DNA of 41,145 nt, from the UHGV virus genome UHGV-0210237; one strand, 5' to 3'. Of this stretch, positions 1 to 7,693 are shown piece by piece. A program made the position numbers and the translations under genes. Within the stretch, counting starts at the first letter, position 1; each line of letters opens with the position of its first letter. This DNA is from a virus. The notes beneath the pieces were generated by a model. It saw only the letters and a program-made list of their open reading frames with translations. It was not told the DNA's origin and did no database searches.

Positions 1-264
1 GTGGGAAAAATGTATTTGAGTCCTGAAGATGTAGATAAGCTTGTTTCTAAAGAAACCGAGGCTATCTGGAACACTGGTGGATTAGAGTTTTTAACCAATG
101 CCTTGCTAAATGAATTTTCTAAAGCTGGCATAGAGTTGGACGATGAACAATCAAAATTACTAGCTCGCTCCACAGAACTTATTGCTAAGAGCATTACGAA
201 AAATACTCTCGGCGCTACACTTAATACCCTTGGTCAATTGAACGTCTTGAAATCCGTGAATTAA
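1..264 (+). CDS. Hypothetical protein (87 aa from GTG at 1, or 84 aa from ATG at 10). Plus-strand gene embedded among minus-strand early genes.
   Basis: ORF track. ATG at 10 is preceded by AAGGAGGTG, formed only if the window end (…AAGGAG) is joined to its start (GTG…). The -35/-10 pair TTCAAT-17-TATAAT lies at 41074..41102. Confidence 0.45.
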   Translation: MGKMYLSPEDVDKLVSKETEAIWNTGGLEFLTNALLNEFSKAGIELDDEQSKLLARSTELIAKSITKNTLGATLNTLGQLNVLKSVN

Positions 265-412
265 TCATTCCAGTATTTATGTTCTCTGCAGAAATTGATG
301 AGCAATCAACTCCATTAATTGACATTTCAGTTTTCTGTTGCTCCTTGCTACTCCCAATAGCTTGGAGCATTTTTGCTAATTCTTCTGGTGTTGCTTTGAT
401 TGTGATTTTCAT
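221..412 (-). CDS. Hypothetical small protein (63 aa), last gene of the cro-side operon.
   Basis: ORF track. Converges on 1..264 with a 44-nt overlap. No recognisable motif. Confidence 0.3.
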   Translation of the reverse strand: MKITIKATPEELAKMLQAIGSSKEQQKTEMSINGVDCSSISAENINTGMINSRISRRSIDQGY

Positions 413-434
413 TTTGGTTCCTCCTTTATTTTTT

Positions 435-698
435 TTAGATTCGATGCTTGACTAAAAATGAATCAATATCAAGAGTATCTATTCGATAGCATCCATCGAT
501 TTTACTAATCGGAAGTCCTTTAGCGAGCCATTTATCTAGTGTTTTAGGGTCAATGTTTGCATACTTGCATGCATTAGTTTTAGATAAATACCTAGATCGA
601 ATAGCATATTCCTTTTCAATTTTTTTTAAAGATGTATTTAGGTTTTCGTTGATTGTCTTAACGATTTCTCTATGGAAAGATTCACTTAAGATCTCCAC
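435..698 (-). CDS. Excisionase-family (MerR-like, HTH_17) DNA-binding protein.
   Basis: The motif LSKTNACKYANIDPKTLDKWLAKGLPISKIDGCYRID resembles winged-helix excisionase or DNA-binding domains. Sits directly downstream of cro. Confidence 0.45.
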   Translation of the reverse strand: MEILSESFHREIVKTINENLNTSLKKIEKEYAIRSRYLSKTNACKYANIDPKTLDKWLAKGLPISKIDGCYRIDTLDIDSFLVKHRI

Positions 699-700
699 TA

Positions 701-904
701 TTATTCCTCCCTTGCTATAAAAATATTTAAATCTTCGGCAATCTTTTGGCGATACTTCTTAGCCGCTTTTCCATTTTGAAATCCATTCACGACCTGTTTC
801 GTATACGTTGGCGACTTTCCTATAACACTAGCTAAGTATTTCCAAGTCTTATTTTGGCGATTCATATGAATCAAAACCATTTCAGAAAACTCGTTGATTT
901 GCAT
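701..904 (-). CDS. cro: Cro-like small XRE-family HTH regulator.
   Basis: 67 aa, transcribed divergently from the CI-like gene. Basic HTH-like segment KYLASVIGKSPTYTKQVVNG. Confidence 0.55.
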   Translation of the reverse strand: MQINEFSEMVLIHMNRQNKTWKYLASVIGKSPTYTKQVVNGFQNGKAAKKYRQKIAEDLNIFIAREE

Positions 905-1198
905 GTTTGTTCTCTCCTTTCAAATAATTAGCTAATTATTTAGCTTTTTTTAAAGCTTTCTGTTGACTTTGTCTACAGATATCTTTAGAATAAAGGCATA
1001 GCTAAATAAGACCGTAGAATCCCATTATCATTTCTAGTTTGGCGACCAGGAAAAAAGATAAATTAAAGGGGTGTATTTAGTGTTGCCTTTAGCTAAATAA
1101 CTAGCTTATGAGTGAAGTATACTAAAGATTTCTTTAATAGTCAACAGATAAACTATAAATATCTTTAATTATCTTCAACAGGCTCAAGGAGTATTATT
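905..1198. promoter_or_regulatory. Lysis-lysogeny switch region between divergent cro and cI, containing three operator-like repeats based on TAGCTAAATAA.
   Basis: Repeats at 928..945 (AGCTAA-N4-TTAGCT), 997..1010 and 1091..1109 (AGCTA-N6-TAGCT). A TTGACT-17-TAGAAT promoter on the plus strand lies at 964..992. Confidence 0.5.
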
Positions 1199-1540
1199 AT
1201 GACAACATTTGAACGTGTTAAACATCTAGCAGATCAGCAAAAAATGTCTATCATGGAGCTTGAAGAAAGACTGGGTTTTAGTAAAAATTCACTCTACTCA
1301 TGGAAGAAAAACAAACCTTCTGTAGATAAGCTTAATGCAGTTGCTGATTATTTCAATGTCTCTACGGATTATCTTTTAGGTCGTACGGATAATAAATACG
1401 CAGATCTTTCTCCCAAGAAGAAGATGTTGACTGTCAGAGAAGCATTAGAGTCAACTATGGGAAGGGATGGTGAAGGTATAGACGAAGATGATATTGATGT
1501 GCTTGAAAGAATAATAAAAGCTTATATTGACGGCAAGTAG
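1199..1540 (+). CDS. CI-like XRE-family HTH repressor.
   Basis: N-terminal HTH (QQKMSIMELEERLGFSKNSLYSWKKNK). 113 aa. Upstream of an ImmA protease and divergent from cro. Confidence 0.75.
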   Translation: MTTFERVKHLADQQKMSIMELEERLGFSKNSLYSWKKNKPSVDKLNAVADYFNVSTDYLLGRTDNKYADLSPKKKMLTVREALESTMGRDGEGIDEDDIDVLERIIKAYIDGK

Positions 1541-1549
1541 GTGTAGAAT

Positions 1550-1972
1550 TTGAATAGGATAGTAACTAAGATTATTGATGAACTTTCTGTAACTGTAAAA
1601 TATGAAAACATAAAGCGCCCAGGTTATTATATTGCCAAATTAAACATAATTGTAATTAATTCTAACTTATCAGAGTTTGAACAAACAAAAACGCTGTTAC
1701 ACGAATTAGGCCATGCCTCTAAACATTTTAATAACTATAAAATGTATAATCTAGCATTTTCATTGCATTCAAAAATGGAAAATGAAGCTGAAGAATTTAT
1801 GATTGAACGTATGATTGAAGTCCGGCTAAACGATCCAGACTTCAATCCAGCAACTTTTAATAGTTTTAATTTCCTTGAAAGCTACAAACTTGACTTAAGT
1901 TACGAACCTGTCGTGAGAGAATTTATGACTAATTATTTTGTAAATGTAAACAAAGACTATATATTTTTTTAA
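1550..1972 (+). CDS. ImmA/IrrE-family zinc metalloprotease (anti-repressor protease).
   Basis: HELGH zinc-binding motif (LLHELGHASKHF). Classic position immediately downstream of the XRE repressor. TTG start. Confidence 0.7.
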   Translation: MNRIVTKIIDELSVTVKYENIKRPGYYIAKLNIIVINSNLSEFEQTKTLLHELGHASKHFNNYKMYNLAFSLHSKMENEAEEFMIERMIEVRLNDPDFNPATFNSFNFLESYKLDLSYEPVVREFMTNYFVNVNKDYIFF

Positions 1973-2010
1973 CCAAAATAAGAACACACGTTCGAAAAGG
2001 AGGCATTTTT

Positions 2011-3249
2011 ATGGTTAAATATGAAAAATATGAAACAAAAAGTGGAAAAAAATTGTGGAGGTACTATGGATACTTTGGAACAGACCCTAAGACAGGTAAA
2101 AAAATTAAGCCTCGCGGGCAAGGATTTATATCAAAAGCAGAGGCCAAACTAGCTTATGAAAGAACTATAGAAGAGATAAAGGGCGGGAAGTTAAACACTA
2201 GAAAAAGAAAGCTTACATTCAGTGAATTAACAACTGAATTTCTTGAGTATTACAATGAATCAGGAATAAAACCGGGCACCTATAGAAAATTTAAAATTGA
2301 AACTGAAAGACATTTATTACCAATAATCGGTACCATATTTATAGATCAGTTAGATATAGATGACTGCCAGAAATGTTATGAAGCTGTGAAGAAAAATAGA
2401 AAAGATCACAGTAAAATAATAAATCAAGCCGAACGGATATTAGATTATGCTGTAAGCAAAAGATACTTGGACTCAAATCCCATGAAAAATATCCTTCGCT
2501 CGAGAAATAAATTACATTATAGTAAAAAGCGTCTAGATAGTAGCGAAAACTTCTACACTCCGACACAGCTTATGGATTTTTTAGAAGCCTTTAGAGAAGT
2601 TGAAGAATTTCACAAATTTGTCTATTTTCGACTTTTGGCATTTACAGGGCTAAGACGCGGAGAGGCTTTATCTTTATACGAGTCAGATATCTTGAAAGAT
2701 ATAAAAGCAGTAGATGTCTCTAAAACATTAGCTGAAGACGAAAATGGAAAAACATATGTTTCATCTTTCCCAAAGACCGAGGAATCAAAAAATCTAGTAT
2801 ATTTAGATGATGATACTTTCAATTTTGTCGAAGAACTAATAAAAAATAGATATCGGTATGACTCCTATGGGAAAATAGTCCCTTTAAAAAGAAGTAACTT
2901 CTTATTCCCTAGTCCAAAGACCGGTAAACATTACCACAGATCAGCTCCTAACGAGTGGTTAAGAACATTTTTTGATAGAAATGAAGAAGCTTTAAGCAAA
3001 AGAAATATTTCAAGGATATCGCCTCACGGATTCCGTCACTCTCAAGCTACCTTATTATATGAATTAGGTGTAGATCCGAAAGATGCCCAATCTAGACTTA
3101 GGCACAAAAATTTAAAAACAACTATGGACATTTATACTCACATCTCAGAAGCGCGCAAGCGTACTCCTTTGACTAAACTTGATGAATTTTCTTCTAGAGG
3201 GACAACATCAGGGACAACGTCAGACCAACACTCGCAAAACAAGTCTTAG
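2011..3249 (+). CDS. int: Tyrosine-type site-specific integrase.
   Basis: 412 aa. C-terminal catalytic motifs (HGFRHSQATLL … RLRHKNLKTTMDIYTHI). N-terminal arm-binding-like domain. SD AAAAGGAGG upstream. Confidence 0.9.
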   Translation: MVKYEKYETKSGKKLWRYYGYFGTDPKTGKKIKPRGQGFISKAEAKLAYERTIEEIKGGKLNTRKRKLTFSELTTEFLEYYNESGIKPGTYRKFKIETERHLLPIIGTIFIDQLDIDDCQKCYEAVKKNRKDHSKIINQAERILDYAVSKRYLDSNPMKNILRSRNKLHYSKKRLDSSENFYTPTQLMDFLEAFREVEEFHKFVYFRLLAFTGLRRGEALSLYESDILKDIKAVDVSKTLAEDENGKTYVSSFPKTEESKNLVYLDDDTFNFVEELIKNRYRYDSYGKIVPLKRSNFLFPSPKTGKHYHRSAPNEWLRTFFDRNEEALSKRNISRISPHGFRHSQATLLYELGVDPKDAQSRLRHKNLKTTMDIYTHISEARKRTPLTKLDEFSSRGTTSGTTSDQHSQNKS

Positions 3250-3281
3250 AAAAGCGCACACCACCACCCTTTTCTAAGACT
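3244..3281 (+). other. Perfect 12-bp inverted repeat (GTCTTAGAAAAG/CTTTTCTAAGAC) overlapping the int stop codon. Hairpin or candidate att-arm site.
   Basis: Read directly from the sequence. Confidence 0.4.
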
Positions 3282-3427
3282 CTTACCCTATTTACCCCAC
3301 AGACCCTTCCATTGCGAAGGTCTGACTGGTTGTTAAGGAATGAAGCGGATGGACTGAATGATTTGAATATTATATTAGTTTCAATTGGTTGCATGGTATC
3401 TCTTATTATATTGCGAGGACAATCCAA

Positions 3428-3458
3428 GGGACAACTTAATTGTTGTCCCTTTTGTTTT
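3428..3458 (+). terminator. Rho-independent terminator (GGGACAAC-TTAATT-GTTGTCCC followed by a T-tract).
   Basis: 8-bp perfect stem followed by TTTTGTTTT. Downstream of int. Confidence 0.6.
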
Positions 3459-3460
3459 AG

Positions 3461-3471
3461 ATTTCTGATAC
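3461..3471 (+). promoter_or_regulatory. Extended -10 promoter candidate (TGaTACAAT) for the moron cassette.
   Basis: TGN plus TACAAT lies 20-40 nt upstream of the SD/ATG of the next gene. Confidence 0.3.
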
Positions 3472-3507
3472 AATGAAACTATAAAATTAATGAAAAGAGG
3501 AACGGAT

Positions 3508-4143
3508 ATGGGTTTGTTTAGCAGCAAAGCGGATAAAGAAAAGGCAAAGATTGAAAAAGCGAATCGTAAAGCTGAAAACGAAAAAATACTAGAATACTTT
3601 AAGAACCATAGTGACTACAAAGTTGGCGACATGTATTTTGATGATAAACATGGAAAATTATTTATAAAGAAATCTTTTACCATGAACAGATCACAAGCTG
3701 TATACAATTACGATGAGTTAATTAGCTACACGCCTATTTTTGAAGGTGGTAAAATCAAAAAACATCATGGCATTACACGTGCAATTGTTGGCGGCGTTTT
3801 AGCTGGTCCTGTTGGTGCTGTTGTAGGAGCTGGAACTGGCGGAAAAGAATTTGATACCATTAAGCGATTAGGCTTCATCCTACACCTTACTGACAATCGC
3901 TCTCAAAACTATATGCTTATGATTTCAGAATCAAAATCAGATAGTTTCCTTACGAAGTCGGCGATGGAAGACTACAACAACATTGCAGCTAAACTGGATC
4001 AGATAATTTCTTCAAATGCTCAAGAGCCTACATCTTCTGACAGCAACGCCGATGAGTTGATAAAATTCAAAGGCCTTCTTGATGATGGAATTATTTCTCA
4101 AGCAGAATTTGATGAAAAGAAAAAAGAACTGTTAGGATTATAA
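3508..4143 (+). CDS. Membrane protein with a glycine-zipper segment and a C-terminal SHOCT domain. The track ORF begins at 3490; the preferred start is ATG 3508.
   Basis: GGVLAGPVGAVVGAGTGG glycine zipper. C-terminal ELIKFKGLLDDGIISQAEFDEKKKELLGL matches the SHOCT consensus. SD AGAGGAA lies before ATG 3508. Confidence 0.5.
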   Translation: MGLFSSKADKEKAKIEKANRKAENEKILEYFKNHSDYKVGDMYFDDKHGKLFIKKSFTMNRSQAVYNYDELISYTPIFEGGKIKKHHGITRAIVGGVLAGPVGAVVGAGTGGKEFDTIKRLGFILHLTDNRSQNYMLMISESKSDSFLTKSAMEDYNNIAAKLDQIISSNAQEPTSSDSNADELIKFKGLLDDGIISQAEFDEKKKELLGL

Positions 4144-4153
4144 ACAAAGAAGG

Positions 4154-4492
4154 GTGATAATCATGAAAAAATTAAGATTTGTACTATTAACTCTATTTGT
4201 TGGATTATTTTTGGTAGCTTGTGGCTCAAATGAGAAGAAAGCAGATTATACCACAGAAGAAGCAGAAGCAGCACTTAACAATGGAGAGGAAATTAATGGA
4301 AAAACAGTTCAGATAACTGTTGATGAGTATGTACCAAATGGAACACTAGGATATACGATTCAAACTGGAGAACATCTGAATTTTATTTCTTCTGATAATC
4401 CCGATGTCAAAAAAGGCGACCAATTAATAGTTAAGGTTGTCAAAACAGAAAATGTCTTAGGTTCATTTGTAATGACCTTCGAAAAACAATAG
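4154..4492 (+). CDS. Small secreted lipoprotein (112 aa).
   Basis: Signal peptide and lipobox (LFLVAC|GSNEKK) within MKKLRFVLLTLFVGLFLVACGS. Shares an operon with the SHOCT gene. Confidence 0.6.
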   Translation: MIIMKKLRFVLLTLFVGLFLVACGSNEKKADYTTEEAEAALNNGEEINGKTVQITVDEYVPNGTLGYTIQTGEHLNFISSDNPDVKKGDQLIVKVVKTENVLGSFVMTFEKQ

Positions 4493-4500
4493 CTATGAGT

Positions 4501-4530
4501 CTTGCTCTAATTGAGCAAGGCTTTTTTGCG
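4501..4530 (+). terminator. Rho-independent terminator after the lipoprotein gene.
   Basis: CTTGCTC-TAATT-GAGCAAG followed by GCTTTTTTG. Confidence 0.55.
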
Positions 4531-4643
4531 TTGTTCGCTTTACAACACGAACGTAAGTTCGTATACTTTCCATAAGGAGTGAGCTATTATGGTAAGTATC
4601 AGTGATTGACAAGACGAAGATCATGACTGAGTTTGAAGCAATG

Positions 4644-4684
4644 AAAAAAGCCCCCTACTCGCAAGAGTAAGGGGGTTTTGTTTA
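4644..4684. terminator. Bidirectional rho-independent terminator downstream of the endolysin.
   Basis: AAAAAAG-CCCCCTACTC-GCAA-GAGTAAGGGGG-TTTTGTTT. A-tract and T-tract flank a GC-rich stem. Confidence 0.6.
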
Positions 4685-5623
4685 CCATGGAAGTTTATTC
4701 TTGTTCAATGCTATTTGCAATGCTTTTACCATATTAGAAGTCGGGCTAATGACGCCATCTTGCGTGGTACCCAAAGCTTTTTGCATTGCCTTAATTGTGT
4801 TCTTTCCGCACAATCCATCAACTGCGCCATTGTAGTAGCCTTTTGCTTTCAACCGTTTCTGCCATGTGCGAATCAGCGTGGATCCTTTAAGCGTGTTATC
4901 AAATTGTGCGGCATAAAGGTTCTTGTTGCACGCCTGCCGGTATTGGTGGCTGATTTCATCATCTGGTGTGATACCTTCGTACTGCATCGCTTTATTGGCA
5001 GTGCTTGGACCAAACATGCCGTCTTCTTGGATTTTATTGGTATTTGGTTTTACAGAAGGTGTACTAGGTTTAGCTGCTGAATTGGAACCGCTAGTCTTGC
5101 CAAACACTGCATCTTTGAATCGTTCAAGTTCACTAGGCTTAGCTACCCAAGGCGCCGGACAATTCTTGCTAGTAACATCATAATGGCGCCAAATCTTATC
5201 TCGAGTAATATTCGGATACTTAGCGATCAACTCTTTTACTGCTTTTACCGTATTTTGGAATGTCTTTTCAGTGATCTTCCCGTTTCTATCCAAACACATT
5301 TCTATTCCGATTGTTGAATAATTGGCATTGCCAATAATACTTCTTAATGGATAATACGGTTGCCCGTTAACATATTTTTGAATGTCATTTGCATGGTAAG
5401 CCACTTCATTCAATGGAATGATACAAATAGCTTCCTCATCATCCACAAACAAATGAGCAGAAGCATAAACACCATTCAGGTTGTTAAAGTAGCTTTTATG
5501 ATTTCGCGCGGTTCCTCCATTATTGGCAGTATAATGCATGATCAGTCCTTCGATCCTAGAATTTTTAATTCCTGGACGAGAAAACTTATTGATTCTGATA
5601 TATTCGTATTTGATGAAACTCAT
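4682..5623 (-). CDS. Endolysin: N-acetylmuramoyl-L-alanine amidase (Amidase_2/PGRP fold) with two C-terminal PG_binding_1 repeats.
   Basis: N-terminal amidase-2-like region (HYTANNGGTARNH … AHLFVDDEE … AYHAND). S/T/P-rich linker. Repeats GYYNGAVDGLCGKNTIKAMQKALG and QDGVISPTSNMVKALQIALNK. Last late gene, no signal peptide. Confidence 0.8.
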   Translation of the reverse strand: MSFIKYEYIRINKFSRPGIKNSRIEGLIMHYTANNGGTARNHKSYFNNLNGVYASAHLFVDDEEAICIIPLNEVAYHANDIQKYVNGQPYYPLRSIIGNANYSTIGIEMCLDRNGKITEKTFQNTVKAVKELIAKYPNITRDKIWRHYDVTSKNCPAPWVAKPSELERFKDAVFGKTSGSNSAAKPSTPSVKPNTNKIQEDGMFGPSTANKAMQYEGITPDDEISHQYRQACNKNLYAAQFDNTLKGSTLIRTWQKRLKAKGYYNGAVDGLCGKNTIKAMQKALGTTQDGVISPTSNMVKALQIALNKNKLPW

Positions 5624-5657
5624 TTATATCATCCTTTCTACATAAAAAAAGAGCAGC

Positions 5658-5993
5658 TTATTCAGCCACTCCTTGGTCAACGCCATCTTTCATCCCTTTT
5701 ACTGCTGATTCGATTAACAGATTCAGCTCGTCTTCAGTGAACTTGATGCCGTTCTTATTAAACAAGTCTACTAACTGAGCTTTGGCTTCTTGCAACTTAG
5801 CATCTCCATTCGCTTCTGCGTAAACTTGCTGGACAGCGGCAACCACGATATCCACATAGTTCTTTTTGCTTTCCAATTGAGCCAGCACGCCTTTCTTTTT
5901 CAAATACTCTGATCCTTTTTGGCCAATAAAGGCAGCAACCAATCCAACCACAACAATCAATAAGTTTAACAATGCGTCTTGTAATGCTTCCAT
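5658..5993 (-). CDS. Holin (single N-terminal TMD, LL-H/phi-LC3-like).
   Basis: 111 aa. N-terminal hydrophobic helix LLNLLIVVVGLVAAFIG followed by a charged amphipathic tail. Immediately upstream of the endolysin. Confidence 0.55.
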   Translation of the reverse strand: MEALQDALLNLLIVVVGLVAAFIGQKGSEYLKKKGVLAQLESKKNYVDIVVAAVQQVYAEANGDAKLQEAKAQLVDLFNKNGIKFTEDELNLLIESAVKGMKDGVDQGVAE

Positions 5994-6410
5994 CTAAATT
6001 CCACCTTTCAATTGTAACTTCAGCATCTCATTTTCTTCTTCCAACTCATCACACTTAGTTTCTAGCTTTTCTATCTGCAACAAATAGCCTTGCTCTTTTT
6101 CGGCAAATGTATGCTCAATTGTATCTAGTTTGATTTTCAGCTTGTTAAATTCAGTTTGTAGGCCAAACACTTGTTGTCGAGTTTTCTCATATTCTTCTTT
6201 CAAGGAAATGTTTTCTTTTAACTGCGCATCATACAAAGTTTTCCACCCAGCGTAGACATCATCTTTATTTTCAATCTCAGCTTTTTTGTTTTCAAGCTCA
6301 CCTTTTCGAACGATGCCCCGAAAGTCAAATCTATTCGCAATAGTCGTCCCTACGATGCCTATCAAGCCAGTTATGACTGGTAACCAATTATCAACCCAAC
6401 TATCCTTCAT
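5994..6410 (-). CDS. Membrane-anchored coiled-coil protein in the lysis cassette (XhlA-like?). The track ORF extends to 6524; the preferred start is MKDSW at 6410.
   Basis: TM segment LPVITGLIGIVGTTIA followed by a long heptad-repeat region. A start at 6410 gives an ATGA coupling with the upstream gene. Confidence 0.4.
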   Translation of the reverse strand: MKDSWVDNWLPVITGLIGIVGTTIANRFDFRGIVRKGELENKKAEIENKDDVYAGWKTLYDAQLKENISLKEEYEKTRQQVFGLQTEFNKLKIKLDTIEHTFAEKEQGYLLQIEKLETKCDELEEENEMLKLQLKGGI

Positions 6411-6805
6411 TCCATAACCTCCCTCACAGCGATACCTAGGGCAATCCATGCATACCCAAATGTTAAGATTCCCACTGTATTGGGAGGTCCATTGAAGAAG
6501 AAAGAAGTGCTGAATATCAACCATAGTCCTACAAGAAGTGAAAGACTGACTCTTTTAATTAATCGATTATTCATGAACACACCAAGCAATTTCATTGCAC
6601 CTAGAATCATGAAAGAGCTGCTTATGATACGCTGATCAAATATTTCATTCAACGTCTCATACATTTCGTAACTGATTAATATTTCGGGGTTTTTGAAAAG
6701 GATCAAGCCGTAGAAGAAACTTACCACGGCTAGTCCGATACTGTACCACTTCAAAATCACAACCCTTGCAAACCTAAGCCACAAACTTCTGGTTTTATCC
6801 CACAT
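6407..6805 (-). CDS. Polytopic membrane protein (about 4 TMDs) between the tail and lysis genes.
   Basis: Four hydrophobic stretches (e.g. IGLAVVSFFYGLILF, FMILGAMKLLGVFM, SLLVGLWLIFSTSFFF, ILTFGYAWIALGIAV). Confidence 0.4.
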   Translation of the reverse strand: MWDKTRSLWLRFARVVILKWYSIGLAVVSFFYGLILFKNPEILISYEMYETLNEIFDQRIISSSFMILGAMKLLGVFMNNRLIKRVSLSLLVGLWLIFSTSFFFNGPPNTVGILTFGYAWIALGIAVREVME

Positions 6806-6863
6806 ATGCCACCTACTTTTCTAAAATAAAAAGCACACTCGATTGAGTATGCTTTGTTTGTAT

Positions 6864-7676
6864 TTAGATTTTATTCAGCCCCTTAATCCTCCGAATTCTC
6901 ATTACATCTGCAATCGTTCCATCAGATTCAATCTGGCCATTTCTAATTGCGCATGTCGTACCATCAGATGTAAGTGTCCGCCCATCTGATGAAATCGACA
7001 AACGTATCTCTCCAAATTGTATTGCAATTAAATTGTTTTGATCATCAGGCAGATTAGTGTCCCTTATATCAAATATATTTGTCGCCGCATCAACTTTAAA
7101 TTGTTTAATTTGCACAGCGTTTGAGTTAATTCCAACATATTCAATTTCAATTTTATCAAAGTCACGAATACTTTTATTTAGTTCAAAAGTTGATTTTAAC
7201 ACACTTTGACTGCCTGCCCAAAGACTATATCCAGTCAAATACTTCCAATTTCTAAAACTTCCTCCCGAGCAATATCGAAAAGCAATATCAGGCGTTTGAT
7301 TATGACTAATTACAAATTGAAAAATCATCGCTTGATTGTCATTTGCATCAGGATTATCTGAAAAATTCCTTATAACGATCAACGTGCTATTACCAGACAT
7401 GTATCCTACTCCCCACGGCGAATTTTTCACATCGTTAGGACCGAAAAGATACACTCCTCCATGTGTCAGTTGATTTAAGTCTGGATTTAGATTAAGTAGA
7501 CTTCCTTTTGCGCCTACCACGCCATGAAGAAGACTTGCTCCTTCTTGTGCAGGTACAAAACCCGCATTGCCTGGTCGAGCAATCTCATGAGTTTCCTCAC
7601 CACTATTTTTCACATGATTTTTAAGCAAAGAATATAACAACTCTAAAGATAGATCATCTATATCAATATTATCCAT
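6864..7676 (-). CDS. Putative receptor-binding or tail-fibre protein (BppL-like position).
   Basis: Last structural gene after the Dit-Tal-BppU-like genes. Gly/Asn/Ser-rich beta-type sequence. Function assigned by synteny only. Confidence 0.4.
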   Translation of the reverse strand: MDNIDIDDLSLELLYSLLKNHVKNSGEETHEIARPGNAGFVPAQEGASLLHGVVGAKGSLLNLNPDLNQLTHGGVYLFGPNDVKNSPWGVGYMSGNSTLIVIRNFSDNPDANDNQAMIFQFVISHNQTPDIAFRYCSGGSFRNWKYLTGYSLWAGSQSVLKSTFELNKSIRDFDKIEIEYVGINSNAVQIKQFKVDAATNIFDIRDTNLPDDQNNLIAIQFGEIRLSISSDGRTLTSDGTTCAIRNGQIESDGTIADVMRIRRIKGLNKI

Positions 7677-7693
7677 TCATCCCACTTCTCCTT

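Noticed and set aside
3290-3430. Possible tRNA or tRNA fragment serving as attB remnant next to int.
   Set aside because: No cloverleaf can be drawn (no GTTC-type T-arm, no acceptor pairing). No tRNA is called.
1-4680. Alternative reading: the left 4.7 kb is a separate element (satellite or second prophage) in tandem with a prophage that starts at the lysin.
   Set aside because: Reading the window as one genome explains all modules, and a consensus promoter-SD-ATG unit spans the window junction. Without host flanks, the tandem reading still cannot be fully excluded.
4715-5740. Plus-strand ORFs 4715..5080, 4923..5183 and 5360..5740.
   Set aside because: Antisense to the endolysin and holin genes. 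No ribosome-binding sites. Implausible compositions.
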